Assembly: GCA_951406725.2 (NCBI GenBank)
Contig: OX597820.1
Location: 109,554,001-109,618,000, forward strand
Source: Octopus vulgaris
Taxonomy: Eukaryota
DNA length: 64,000 nt
Reading direction: 5' to 3'
The position numbers and the translations under genes were made by a program. The number at the start of each line of letters is the position of its first letter. Within the stretch, counting starts at the first letter, position 1. Positions 13,430-25,571 of this stretch are shown piece after piece. The notes beneath the pieces were generated by a model, which searched no databases, had not been told where the DNA came from, and saw nothing but the letters and a program-made list of their open reading frames with translations.

Positions 13430-16400
13430 CATCCTCATCATCATCATCCTTTAACGTCTGTTTTCCATGCTAGCATGGGTTGGACGGCTCGACCGGGGTC
13501 TGGGAAGCCAAGAGGCTGCACCAGGCTCCAGTCTGATCTGGCAGTGTTTCTACAGCTGGATGCCCTTCCTAATGCCAACCACTCCGTGAGTGTAGTGGGT
13601 GCTTTTTACGTGCCACCGGCACAGAGGCCAGAGGAGGCTGACAAATGGCCACAATCGGTTGGTGCCTTTATGTATCACCGACATGGATGCCAGTCAGGCA
13701 GCGCTGGCATCTGCCACGTTCGGATGGTGCTTTTAACGTGTCACCAGCACGGGTATCTTAACTACAATTTCCATTTGATTTTCATTTTGATGTTGGTGTT
13801 AACATACTTTACTCAATAGGTCTCCTCATGAATAGCAGGTCGCTCTACGATCCAAGGTTAGCACAGCAGGCCATCCTGCGAGCTGTGAACTCACTTCATT
13901 TGTCGGGTCTTCACAGTCACAGCATATCTCAGAGGTCTCAGTCTTCGTCATTTCCTCTGTGAGGCCCTACATGCCACCGGCACAGGTATCACAACTACAA
14001 TATCCATACGAATTTTATTTTGATGTTGATGAACTTGACACAATAGGTCTCCTCAAGCGCAGCAGGCCATCCTGCAAGCCATGAACTCCCTTCAATTGTC
14101 GGGTCTTCGAAGTCACAGCATATCTCCAGAGGTCTCGGTCTTTCGTCATAGCCTCTGTGAGGCTCAACATACGAAAGTCATGCTTGACCACCTCATCCCA
14201 TGTCTTCGTGGGTCCACCTCTACCCCGGATTCCTTCAACAGTTTGGGAGTGGCACTTCTTCACACATCTTTCCTCATCCATCCGTAGTACGTGACCATAC
14301 CAACGCAAACGTCTCTCCTGCATGCTGCATCCAATGCTTCTTATGTCCAACATTTCTCTCAGGGCGCTTACACTCTGTTGTGCATGGACACTGACATTAC
14401 ACATCCAGTGGATCATGTTAGCTTCATTTCTTTTGAGCCTACGCATGTCCTCTGTGGAGTCTATTGCTCCTCTGCACCTGCCGCACACAAAAGCTATCTT
14501 CTCAGTTAATCTTCCTCTGATATTGCTGCACCTCTTATGCGTCTGTAGCTTACACTGGGTGCATCTTATGGAGTTTCTACCTTACACCTTTTCTACAGTT
14601 CGAGCAGGGCCACCTGCCTGAAGGGGTGTGTGGGATGTGTTTGCCTTCCTACTCACTAGGACTTTTGTTTTTGCGACATTGACTCTAAGGCCCTTCAATT
14701 CTAAACCTTGCTTCCACACCTGAAATTTCTTCTGTAGTTCTGGTAGGGATTCTGCTATGAGGGCCAGGTCATCAGCATAGAGGAGCTCCCAGGGGCAACC
14801 TGTTTTGAATTCCTCTGTTATTGCCTGGAGGACTATGATGAATAAGAGAGAGCCGAGGGATGATCCTTGGTGAACCCCTACTTCTACCTGGAATTCTTCA
14901 CTATACTCATTTCCAACCCTAACCTTACTAATGGCATCTCTGTATAGGGCCTGTACAGCCCTTATTAACCATTCATCAATCCCTAGTTTCCGCATCGCTC
15001 ACCAAATAAGGGATCAGAGGATCCTGTCAAAGGCTTTCTCCAAGTCCACAAAAGCTAAGTACAGGGGTTTATCTTTAGCTAGGTATTTCTCCTGCAGTTG
15101 CCATACCAGGAATATGGCAATAGTGGTGCTTCTACCTGGCACAAAACTGAACTGCATCTCATCTGAGCAGACTCTCTCCCTAATTAGCTGGGCTATGTGA
15201 CCTTCATCACCTGATCCAGCAGTTTGATACCCCTGTAGTTATTTCTATCCAAGGCATCACCTTTACCCTTGTAGCAGTTGACTATTGTGCAGCTACGCCA
15301 GTCATTGGGTATGACTCCATCATGAACTACCTGGTTTACAATACGGGTGACTAGGCCATAACCCACACCACCAGATATTTTAAGCATCTCAGCAGTGATT
15401 CCTGATGGGCTGGGGGGCTTTTCCTGGCTTCATACCCTTAATTTCTTTATCTACCAGGGTTCTGTCTATTTGGATGGTTGTCCCTCTACTGGGTCAACAT
15501 TTGGCAGGCTCTCCTCCTCCCATTCATTCTCCACATTCAGCAGTCTTTCATAATGGCTTCTCCAATCCTCTTTCTTTTCAGAATCATTAAAAGCAAGTGC
15601 ACCATCATCCATTTCTCTCCTGTGACATCACAATTTTATCTCACACACTGTCTTGCAATCCGAAATACCTCAGTTCTTTGGTCCTCACATCTCTGGACAT
15701 TGGCAAACTTCTTATCTGCTTCTACCTTGGCTATGTATACCTGTCGCTCAGCCTCCCTCCTGATTATCTGGTACAGTTCCAGGCTTTCCAGGCCTATTTC
15801 TTTGCTCTAATGCCTTTGTCTACTGTATTATTCCACCACCACTCTAGGTCTGGAAGGGACTTAGCACCACCCGCAGACTTGGTCTATGGCACTTAGCTGT
15901 CCTGTAGGAATTTCCAGCTACCCTCTATGTCCGAGGTCTGTTGCTCCTCCTCCCACTCATCAAATTTCTTGATGAGGCTTTTTCCAAAATTTTGACCACG
16001 TGAAGGGTTCTTTAGCTTCCAAATTCTTTTCTGGATTAGTCTGCTTCTTGGCATCCTTCTGGCCTTGAGTCTAAAGTCACTAATGGCTTGTCTATGCTGA
16101 GGAGTACATTCTTCACTCGGGTGGGTCTTTGTATTTAAGAGCAACCCTGCATCCTGCTGTCTGAGGATGAAATCAATCTGGCTAGCTAAGTCACCTGATT
16201 GATAGGTTATCAGGTGACTGTGTTTGCTTCCTGAAGTTAGTGTTGCAGATTAAAAGGTTACTCCAGTAGCCTAGTTCTGCCTTCATTTTGGGAACCAATA
16301 CCTATTTCTTTATTACCCACAAGGGGCTAAACACAGAGGGGACAAACAAGGACAGATATAGGTATTAAGTCGATTACATCGACCCCAGTGCGTAACTGGT

Positions 16401-17130
16401 ACTTAATTTATCGACCCCGAAAGGATGAAAGGCAAAGTCGACCTCGGCGGAATTTGAACTCACAACGTAACGCAGACGAAATACCGCTAAGCATTTTGCC
16501 TGGCGTGCTAACGTTTCTGCCAGCTCGCCGCCTTTTGGGAACCAATACCATAGCCCCCGTATACACAAGGAAGATACCGGATTGCCGTCCAACATGCCCA
16601 TTAAAGTCTCCAGCTGCAAAGATGAGGTCATTGCCACTTGTCTTTGAGGCAGCCTGTAGAAGGGTATTATAAAAACGGTCCTTCTGATCATCTGGTAGGC
16701 CTGTTTGAGGAGCATAGGCAGAGATAATTGTAGCTGTGCTGTTCTGCAGGACTAGCTTGAGCTTAAGCACTCTATTGCATACCCTGACAACCTCTATGAC
16801 CACCCATTTCTCTGCAAGAAGTATGCCTACACCCCCTACTCCATCTATGTTACCTTCCCAGAAGATTTTATATCTATGTGCCTTGCCTGTGAGGACCCTG
16901 TCTGAAGCTCCTCTCCATCTTACCTCTTGCATGCAGCATACATTGACATGTCTCCTTTCAAGCATCTCTACAATCTCATTAGACCTACCTTTCAGTGTGC
17001 CTACATTGACAGTGCTAACTCTGAAAACTGGGAAAGGAATGTGGGGTGAGGCTCGGGGAGTGGGGATATTATTCAGTGCCTGGAAAGAAGGAGGAGGTTG
17101 TCGTGTTCGTTTGTTAGACATTTTTCACCT
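13430..17130 (-). mobile_element. Near full-length RTE LINE, disrupted, with 3' UTR and (GAT)n tail
   Basis: EN (STVNVGTL, CMQEVRW, AYAPQ, GDFNGH), RT (GVHQGS, YADDL), C-terminal RRLRWYGHVLRM; contains a SINE insertion, an internal deletion near 14456 and a 3' tandem duplication. Confidence 0.95.
16303..16532 (-). mobile_element. Young tRNA-derived SINE with Meta-like central domain, inserted in the RTE
   Basis: GGCGGCGAGCTGGCAGAA..GAGTTCAAATTCC..GCCTTTCATCCTTTCGGGGTCGATAAATTAAGTACCAG; perfect 17-bp TSD TTTTGGGAACCAATACC at 16286-16302 and 16533-16549. Confidence 0.92.
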
Positions 17131-17329
17131 GTTCTCACTCCTGACCTGATATCATTCAAACATTCAAGTGTGTTAAGATTATTTCCCCTACTGGGGGTAG
17201 GAATAGGTGTTAGTGGCGTTGTAAGTATAAGCATTATGGGGATCTTAAAAACGTAAATTTAAGTGTTACTGGTGTAGCAAATATCAACATTCCAATGTTA
17301 GATTAAGTAGGGTGTCAGCTAAACTAGTT

Positions 17330-17936
17330 ACATTTGCCCATGTCCCCAAAACATGTACCGAGAGTGATAAAAATCAAACATCCAGGCAACATCATGGTGT
17401 TTGGAGCGATCACTAGTGATGGCAATGTTATGCCTCTGTTCATCTTCCCACATGGCCTCAGACTCAACACAGAGGCCTACATCAAGTGCCTGGAGGAGGT
17501 AGTGTTGCCCTGGCTGAAGAGGGTAGGTACTAGAAGACTCTATGTCTGGCAACAGGACTCTGTACCATGCAGTCAGGCAATTTCTGCAACCACATCATCC
17601 CTAACATCTTGCCACCTAACTCTCCAGACTGCAACCCCTTGATTATTGTGTGGGGTGCAGTTGAGTGAGAGACCAACAAAACTCCTAGTAACATCAAACT
17701 TGAACTGAAGGCAAGGATTATGGCAGCATTCACCAAATTAAACAAGGAGACCGTCCAGAAGTGTTGCAGGAGATTCCAAAGTCATCTGGAGGCCATTGTT
17801 GAAGGCAATGGCGATTTTATTGAATAAATATACTCTTTAGTATTTTAAGATATTTTTATGTAATTTTGGTAAATATATCTGTTAAAACAAAATGTCAGTT
17901 TTACTTTCCTTTATGCGTAACTTAGATGGCACCCTG
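17330..17936 (+). mobile_element. Tc1/mariner superfamily (maT/DD37D-like) 3' fragment
   Basis: KHPGNIMVFGAI, YVWQQDS, PPNSPDCNPLDY; ends GGCACCCTG like a terminal inverted repeat. Confidence 0.8.
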
Positions 17937-17952
17937 TGTGTGTGGGTGTGTA

Positions 17953-18002
<50 letters not shown>

Positions 18003-18489
18003 TATATATAAGAAATGAAAGACAGAAGATGGAATATACGAGAATATATTATTAATCACAACAATTGTTTCGACACATCTAGCATCGACTCCTCTTGTGG
18101 GACACACAAAAACTGGTACAGGAGTATCTGGTGGCGCAGACGTATAAAAAATCTCGTTAAAATGACAGTTCCATAATGCAACTTTTTGTTTTGTAGAGAG
18201 AAAAACAGCCAGATGGAGGAAAATTATTCATATATATAGGAGATCCAAAAATAAAATTGCAGAAGACAAAAAGAGAAATGAACACTTAATCCAGCGAGAA
18301 AAGTATTGAAAATAACCATTAACCGGTATGGATGTATAAACGCATGGCACGAGTACACACGCTCATACAAGCATTAGCAAAAATGTGAGCATATGTACAC
18401 GTAAGGTTAGGTGTTTAGAAGAACGGGGAGGTTTAAAGTAAATTTAAGTCATCCATACCTTAAAGTAAAATAAAATTATCCTAAGTTAA

Positions 18490-18865
18490 CGGTTACTCAA
18501 AATTTATTCTCACTGCATTGTGCAGACACCCATCTAAAAGAATGCACTAGTATACTAATAAGAAACTTGATGGAAATGTTAACCTTATGTGTAGAAACTA
18601 CCTATTTCAGTATGGACACTGATATATATCGACAAGAGGAGGGTTTAGCTATGGGTTCACCATTATCATTGGTAATAGCCAATATATACATGGAATAGTT
18701 TGAGAATTCGGCTTTAGGATCAACACCACTAAAACCAATACTATGGCTACGATATGTTGATGACACCTTTATACTCTGGTCCCACCAAAATGTCCAAGTG
18801 CTGTTAGATCATGTGAACTCAATAAAGCCATCCATACAGTTCACAATGGAAAACGAAAAAGACAA
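18490..18865 (+). mobile_element. PLE reverse transcriptase fragment
   Basis: TTYF..YRQEEGLAMGSPLS.VIANIYME*, LWLRYVDDTFILW, SIQFTME. Confidence 0.85.
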
Positions 18866-18914
18866 TTTGTCTATATCATTTGTGGGGAAAATGTCTTCTA
18901 CTGTGGGCATGTGT

Positions 18915-19140
18915 CTTTTACTATAGCCTTGGGCCAACCAAAGCCTTGTGAGTGGATTTGGTAGACGGAAACTGAAAGAAGCCCATCGTATATTTTTATA
19001 TATGTATATGTTTGTGTGTCTGTGTTGATCCCAGCATCACTTGACAACCGATGGTGGTGTGTTTACGTCCCCGTAACTTAGCGGTTCGGCAAAAGAGGCC
19101 GATAGAATAAGTACTAGGGGTCGATTTGCTCGACTAAAGG
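18915..19140 (+). mobile_element. Partial SINE of the 9678 family
   Basis: CTATAGCCTTGGGCCAACCAAAGCCTTGTGAGTGGATTTGGTAGACGGAAACTGAAAG body. Confidence 0.85.
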
Positions 19141-20802
19141 CATAAAAATTTCATTTGTGTCAAAATATTTTTGTCACTTTGAACGCATGACCTGTTCACT
19201 GACAAAACTTCACAAAAGTGATGCAACATGAAGTTTTGTCAGTGAGTACACATACACACACATGCACACATTCATTGCCTTTCATTTGTGTGCATGTGTA
19301 TCTATGTGTGCAAGAGTGTATGTGTGTGTGTGTGCAAGAGTGTATGTGTGCGTGTCACTGTTGAAATTGCTCATGCAACTTGTTTGTGTATATATTGGCT
19401 TAGTGGTATAGAATGTTTGGAAATGGTGAATAAGGTGCAAGTTTCAAGCACTTGTTAGAAACTTTTTTTGGCTCCTTGTCTTCTAATAGTAATTACCCAA
19501 CTTTCTTGGCTCTTCTCACAGCTATCCCACATTCAAATATTATACAGGTGTTTTAAAAAATTTTCATTTAATAAATGATGTTTATAAATTATGTCTACAT
19601 TAAAAGAATAAACTATCAGTTTTCTAAATAGCAAATTAAAACTTAAAAGAGAAAGTGAGAGACTTTGTAAATGAAAATGGAATACTCTGCAGTGAATGCA
19701 ATGAATATTTAAATTTGCGAGAAATTGGAGTTAAAAAATTCAAGGAACTTGAGAAATCGAAATTATAGGAAATTTCTTAGAACATGAATTTATAAAAATT
19801 TTTCCTTTAATAATTGCTTTCTTTTAGTACTTTTAGTAATTGTTACATACCTAATATAAGCAGCTTTCTCCATTATAGTATAGATAGATATTTATGTGTG
19901 AGAGTGAGAACATTTTTATCAAATTTCATACAAAACATGAATATTCAAGCTGTTTATCTGTTTGTATCTTTCCTTTTTCATACCCTTTTGTTTTCATACT
20001 TCCATTATTGCTCTTATGTACACATGCTCAGTATAACTTGATCTCCAACTGTTAATCTGTTACTTTTATATTGAGGTTAGGGTTGTATTACATGATTGTA
20101 CCCCTGTCAAATGCTGTAATACTAACACTAGAGCTTTAGGGTCTTTGTTTTTACCTTCTGTCTTTTTGAACATGTGAGATTTGAAGTTTTTATTGTGAAA
20201 AGGTTTTGCTATTCTACTCAGATATCTGCTAAATAGGAAAGAGACCTTTATTTATATTGAACTAAACCTAATAATGTGTTTTTATCACTTAAAGATATTT
20301 TTAAAAAATCAATTTTTCTCAGTTATTCCCCTTTTTCAGCTATATTTCTTACTTAGACACTGGCAAAGTCAACAGTTGTCTGGAATAGTGTCCTGATCTA
20401 TTGTAAAATTTAATATTAGAGTCAGTTCTGATACTGACTTCATGCATTAAATTGGTCATCTTCATGTGATGTACTCAATGTTTTTATTGTATAGTAGCAT
20501 TGAAAAGAAGCAGAATTTCTTTAATTATTAATGATTTTAAAATAAACTACATTCTATTTTAAAGTCTGTTGTGAAAAGACTTTTTATTTGTATATAGGTA
20601 TAATATATTCATGTGAATATATATATATATATATATATATTATAACAAAGGGTAAAATTAATTAATTAAGAAGTAATCAATAATTTCACCAAGTAGAATT
20701 CCGTATGAAAAAGGACCATTTCACGGTAAACTTAAGTAATACTTAATAAAAGGTGGAGAGATATATTCAACTATTCTAGTACCCTCGAATTATTGTGGAA
20801 TG

Positions 20803-20884
20803 CCATGCTGATGAAGAAAATAGTTAGTAAAGTATAATTTTATATTCTTTATGCAAAACCTAATTCTGAAACGCGCATCCATGG
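20803..20884 (+). ncRNA. Type I hammerhead ribozyme-like motif in a TA-flanked solo PLE terminus (about 20642-21063)
   Basis: CCATG|CTGATGA|AGAA..TTCT|GAAAC-GCGC-ATC|CATGG; stem III has a C.A mismatch. Confidence 0.8.
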
Positions 20885-21078
20885 ATGACCAGATATTGAT
20901 TGATTTTCGTTGCTTTACTCTCTACCTGTGTGAATTATTTTCAAGTATTTTGGTTTCTCTAGGAGTCACTTTTTAAAGTAGAAGAAATAGCTAAGATTTT
21001 TGGCTGCTATTTCTAAACTTCGGTATGTGGTAAAGCAAATCTTTGCTGAAATCTTTTATTAAGTATATATATATATAT

Positions 21079-23384
21079 AACAATTGCAGCGTGGAAGGTG
21101 TTTATAAGCCATTTAAGAAACACACAAAAGCCGTTCGATTCACTTCAACATTTAAGTTTAATTTGTCAAAATATTTTCGTCGCTAAAATCCGCGACCTGT
21201 TCACTGACAAAAATCCGTGCTGCATCTGAGAAAGTAACAGTTAGTTCGTCATATATATGTATGTATGTATGTGTGTATGTATGCATACATGTGTGTATGT
21301 ATGTATGTATGCATGTACGTACATACGCCTGTGTATGCATGTATGTATGTATGTATGTTTGTACTCATGTGCTACGTATGTATGAGAGTGTCTAGGAGAA
21401 TGGGCAGACGTGTCTGTGAGAGTGTGTGTATGTGTATATGAACGTATGTCCGTGTACTGGCATGTGTCCGTCCAAGTTGTGTACATGACTGTTACTTTGT
21501 TGAAGGTTGTATACATATTCACATATATGTTTGTATAGACGCACACACATATATATGTGTGGGTGTGTGTTTGTTCCTCTCATCACCGTCTAACTGAATG
21601 GACACAGCGCCTAAGTGCAACTGTACGTATCAAACAACGTACGCTCATAATGTTATATATAACTGCACATACGCATTGCAACCTGTATGTAAGGACTACA
21701 AGTAAACGAGAGAGAGAGAGAGGGGTGGTTATAGAATAGTCCTTCTGAATGGGATCTGGATGTTACTCCATTCGGACTTTCGGTTGAGAGTAGGTTTGTA
21801 TTCTTGTATACAAACAGCTTCTGTGACCTGTCTCAACATTGCATCGGTGGGATGTGTTGATAGGATGTTCAACTTAAGTTTCCCTAAGGATCCCTTGTGG
21901 CATTCTACAGCATGTTGGTAGAAGATGGAGTTTGGCTTCCTTTCAATGTAGTTGTCCAGATGTTCTTTGAACCTATCATTGATGCTTCTAGAAGTCTCAC
22001 CTATGTATGATCTGGGTTAGTCGCACAAGCTCCCTCCTGGCACTTAATCTGGTATACAGTGCCCTTGGTTTTACAATTTACATGTGGATTTGTCGAACAT
22101 ACTGCACAATTACTTTGACAGGTGATTCTATCAAATGGATATGATCTGCATAATGCTGATTTGATAGTCCTACCTGTCTTTTCTACAACTTTAATTTTTA
22201 GGCCCGTAATGCGCAGGATTTTCTTGAATGCCTTACTTAGCTCGTTCTTAGGTGTGGCGTCAACGAACATTACTCCGTGAAATCTGTTATCGTACCAAGT
22301 AACGTTTCTCATCCTTTTGTTGGTGTCCCTCTCTAACCTATTCCAGAACTTGTTGCGGTATAGGGGGCATATACCATTTTCGTCGTTCCTTAGAATGCGT
22401 TCGAATCTAGCTTTCGCTCTTTTGTACACCCTGACTCTATCGTCTTGTGTGTATCCGGAGTGTTGCATTCGGAATATGTAGTGCTGGATGTGTTGTTGTC
22501 GTTCTTGTGGTTGGCATAGTGGTGATACATTCCTCATTACTCTAATTAAGTCTGCCACTAGGATGTTGAGTTTGGCAGTATCCGACATAGCTGAGTCACT
22601 ACGGATTACTAGTGGATTAGCCATCGGTTTCTGATAGTGTGAGTGGAGTATACAGGGTTTAATGGTTCCATTAACCATAGCATCTTCCATCCATAGCTCA
22701 GTATCTAGGACGGGTAATTGTTTACTGGGGTGTTTAGAGGGGTAGTCTATGGTAAATTTTATACTGCTGTGGATAGAGTCAGCTATGTGTTGTATACATG
22801 TCATCACCTGTTCTTCACTTGGTAGAGGGCCCATAACTGTGTCTATTATATTTCACAACAAGGTTAATGTCGTCGACGTAACGAGAGTACATAGCCAAGT
22901 GGATGTTACGGTTTGCTAGGCACTGTTTAAAATGTTTGAACCATACCATGAAGAGGTTTGCAACGTCACCGGCGATCCCCACTCCAATAGCACCGCCTTT
23001 CGTTTGCCTATACAGTTTGTTGTCAAATTTTAAAATATGTGTTTTTAGCGTAAATCTCGGGCTGACACCGATAGCATGTGCGATGGTGGTTCTAATGTCG
23101 TGTGCACTTGAAGGTGGGTAGTCCGGCTTTGTCCATCCCTGCCAGCGCTCACAGTGAGTCTTCCTGTATGCTGAGGTAATGGTAGGTGGTCTACCACGTT
23201 TGTTACGGGTGGGACAAGCATATAGAAGGTTATTGCGTGACAGGTATTCATTGGTACATGTCAGGGCCAGGAAGAGCCCTAGTTCATATACATCCACATT
23301 CTTAAATATCATACCACTCTCACTAACTATTTCTATACATTTATCGACAGCAAAGTCTACATCGATGGAGGGGTATAGGGATAT
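21079..23384 (-). mobile_element. Neptune-like PLE, left arm (RT core, Cys linker, GIY-YIG, 3' terminus)
   Basis: LYRQTKGGAIG, YSRYVDDI, LPVLD, HYQKPMAN, CQSNCAVC..C, VYQIKC, YIGETSR; frameshifts near 22830 and 22005. Neptune assignment is from motif recall. Confidence 0.9.
21162..21211 (-). ncRNA. Variant hammerhead ribozyme motif (G3:C8 core)
   Basis: TTTGTCA|GTGAACA|gGTCGC-ggatttta-GCGAC|GAAAATATTT|TGACAAA: 7-bp stem I, 5-bp stem II, palindromic AATATT. Confidence 0.65.
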
Positions 23385-23434
23385 CACTATGCCAACCACA
23401 AGAACGGCAACACATCCAGCACTACATATTCCGA

Positions 23435-24178
23435 ATGCAACGCTCCGGATACACACAAGACGATAGAGTCAGGGTGTACAAAAGAGCGAAAGCTAGATTC
23501 GAACGCATTCTAAGGAACGACGAAAACGGTATATGCCCCCTATACCACAACAAGTTCTGGAATAGGTTAGAGAGGGACACCAACAAAAGGATGAGAAACG
23601 TTACTTGGTACGATAACAGGAGATTTCACAGAGTAATGTTCGTTGACGCCACACCTAAGAACGAGCTAAGTAAGGCATTCAAGAAAATCTTGCGCACTAC
23701 GGGCCTAAAAATTAAAGTTGTAGAAAAGACAGGTAGGACTATCATATCGGCATTATGCAGATCATATCCATTTGATAGAATCACCTCTCAAAGTAATTGT
23801 GCAGTATGTTCGACAAATCCACATGTAAATTGTAAAACCAAGGGCACTGTATACCAGATTAAGTGCCAGGAGGGAGCTTGTGCGACTAACCCAGAGTCAT
23901 ACATAGGTGAGACTTCTAGAAGCATCAATGATAGGTTCAAAGAACACCTGGACAACTACATTGAAAGGAAGCCAAACTCCATCTTCTACCAACATGCTGT
24001 AGAATGCCACAAGGGATCCTTAGGGAAACTTAAGTTGAACATCCTATCAACACATCCTACCGATGCAATGTTGAGACAGGTCACAGAAGCTGTTTGTATA
24101 CAAGAATACAAGCCTACTCTCAACCGAAAGTCCGAATGGAGTAACATCCAGATCCCATTCAGAAGGACTATTCTATAA
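23435..24178 (+). CDS. PLE C-terminal ORF remnant: linker plus uninterrupted GIY-YIG endonuclease (247 aa)
   Basis: VYQIKC..SYIGETSRS..RFKEH..HAVECH..TEAVCIQEYKPTLN; 5'-truncated, expression unknown. Confidence 0.6.
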   Translation: MQRSGYTQDDRVRVYKRAKARFERILRNDENGICPLYHNKFWNRLERDTNKRMRNVTWYDNRRFHRVMFVDATPKNELSKAFKKILRTTGLKIKVVEKTGRTIISALCRSYPFDRITSQSNCAVCSTNPHVNCKTKGTVYQIKCQEGACATNPESYIGETSRSINDRFKEHLDNYIERKPNSIFYQHAVECHKGSLGKLKLNILSTHPTDAMLRQVTEAVCIQEYKPTLNRKSEWSNIQIPFRRTIL

Positions 24179-25083
24179 CCACCCCTCTCTCTCTCTCTCG
24201 TTTACTTGTAGTCCTTACATACAGGTTGCAATGCGTATGTGCAGTTATATATAACAGTATGAGCGTACGTTGTTTGATACGTACAGTTGCACTTAGGCGT
24301 TGTATCCATTCACAGTTAGACAGTGATGAGAGGAACAAACACACACCCACACATATATATGTGTGTGCGTCTATACAAACATATATGTGAATATGTATAC
24401 AACTTTCAACAAAGTAACAGTCATGTACACAACTTGGACGGACACATGCCAGTACACAGACATACGTTCACATACACATACACATGTACACACTCTCACA
24501 GAAACGTCTGCCCATTCTCCTAGACACTCTCATACATACGTAGCACATGAGTACAAACATACCTACGTATGGACATACACACGTACATACGCACACACAT
24601 ACATGGGCACATGCATACGTGCGTGTATACATATATATGCACATGCGTACGTATGTACATATACACATACATACATACATACGCACATACATACATACAT
24701 ACGCACAATAGTAAAACAAAAGTTCTGTGATATAGAGATAAATATCTGATAATAGGTTTTAGGGTATAGTTTTGGGAGTAAGGGTCGTAAATCAGTTCCA
24801 GGCTTTGGGCCGGGGGGGGAGGGGATTGAAATTTGATATTATTGTGATGAGTGGTCACTCTACATCTATCCATCGCTACAGGTTTATAGCTTTATGTTTA
24901 TAGAGTGTATGTGCGTGTATATACACACACATACATATATACATACATACATACATGCATACACAGGCGTATGTACGTACATGCATACGTACATACATAC
25001 ACACATGTATGCATACATACACACATACATACGTACATATATATGACGAACTAACTGTTACTTTCTCAGATGCAGCACGGATC

Positions 25084-25133
25084 TTTGTCAGTGAACAGGC
25101 CGCGGATTTTAGCGACGAAAATATTTTGACAAA
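25084..25133 (+). ncRNA. Variant hammerhead ribozyme motif (G3:C8 core), sense-strand copy
   Basis: TTTGTCA|GTGAACA|GGCCGC..GCGAC|GAAAATATTT|TGACAAA; one stem II mismatch relative to the left-arm copy. Confidence 0.6.
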
Positions 25134-25401
25134 TTAAACTTAAATGTTGAAGTGAATCGAACGGCTTTTGTGTGTTTCTTAAATGGCTTATAAACACCTT
25201 CCATGCTGCAATTGTTTTCGTTTCAGCGCACGATCTCAGATCAAATTACTTGCTATGCGAGTACATCTCCCTATATATATATATATATATATATATATTG
25301 GTAAAAACAGTAAGATAACAAAAGAAAGAAAGAAACCTCAATATTATGTAAATAGAGGAAATTTATCTGTAAAATAATATGTTACAATTACTCAATAGTC
25401 A

Positions 25402-25465
25402 AGATAAAACTCTGAGTTTCAGATGCCAAAGTGGGAAATCCACAACACCATCTCTTCGGTTATCT
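25402..25465 (-). ncRNA. Hammerhead ribozyme-like motif (U4C core variant) in a short PLE-terminus remnant
   Basis: AGATAA|CCGAAGA|GATG..CATCt|GAAAC-TCAGA-GTT|TTATCT. Confidence 0.65.
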
Positions 25466-25571
25466 GGCCATCTGAAAAACGCTATGAAAAAATATCGTTA
25501 TACAAAGGGAAATTACTGTATTATAGTGTATGTATTTGTATCTATTCATATATATTTGTTTAATTTTATAG

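Larger units (their letters stand above)
23385..25271 (+). mobile_element. Neptune-like PLE, right arm (inverted copy) with 3' extension
   Basis: Near-identical reverse complement of 21079-22521; about 55 extra nt (25217-25271) before (TA)n. Confidence 0.9.

Noticed and set aside
18050-18080. HHR 3' half GAAAC-AATT-GTT on the minus strand
   Set aside because: Matching 5' core and stem I were not found
19632-19770. Purine-rich stretch after a TAG as a candidate upstream host exon
   Set aside because: Stops in all three frames shortly after the acceptor and no good donor
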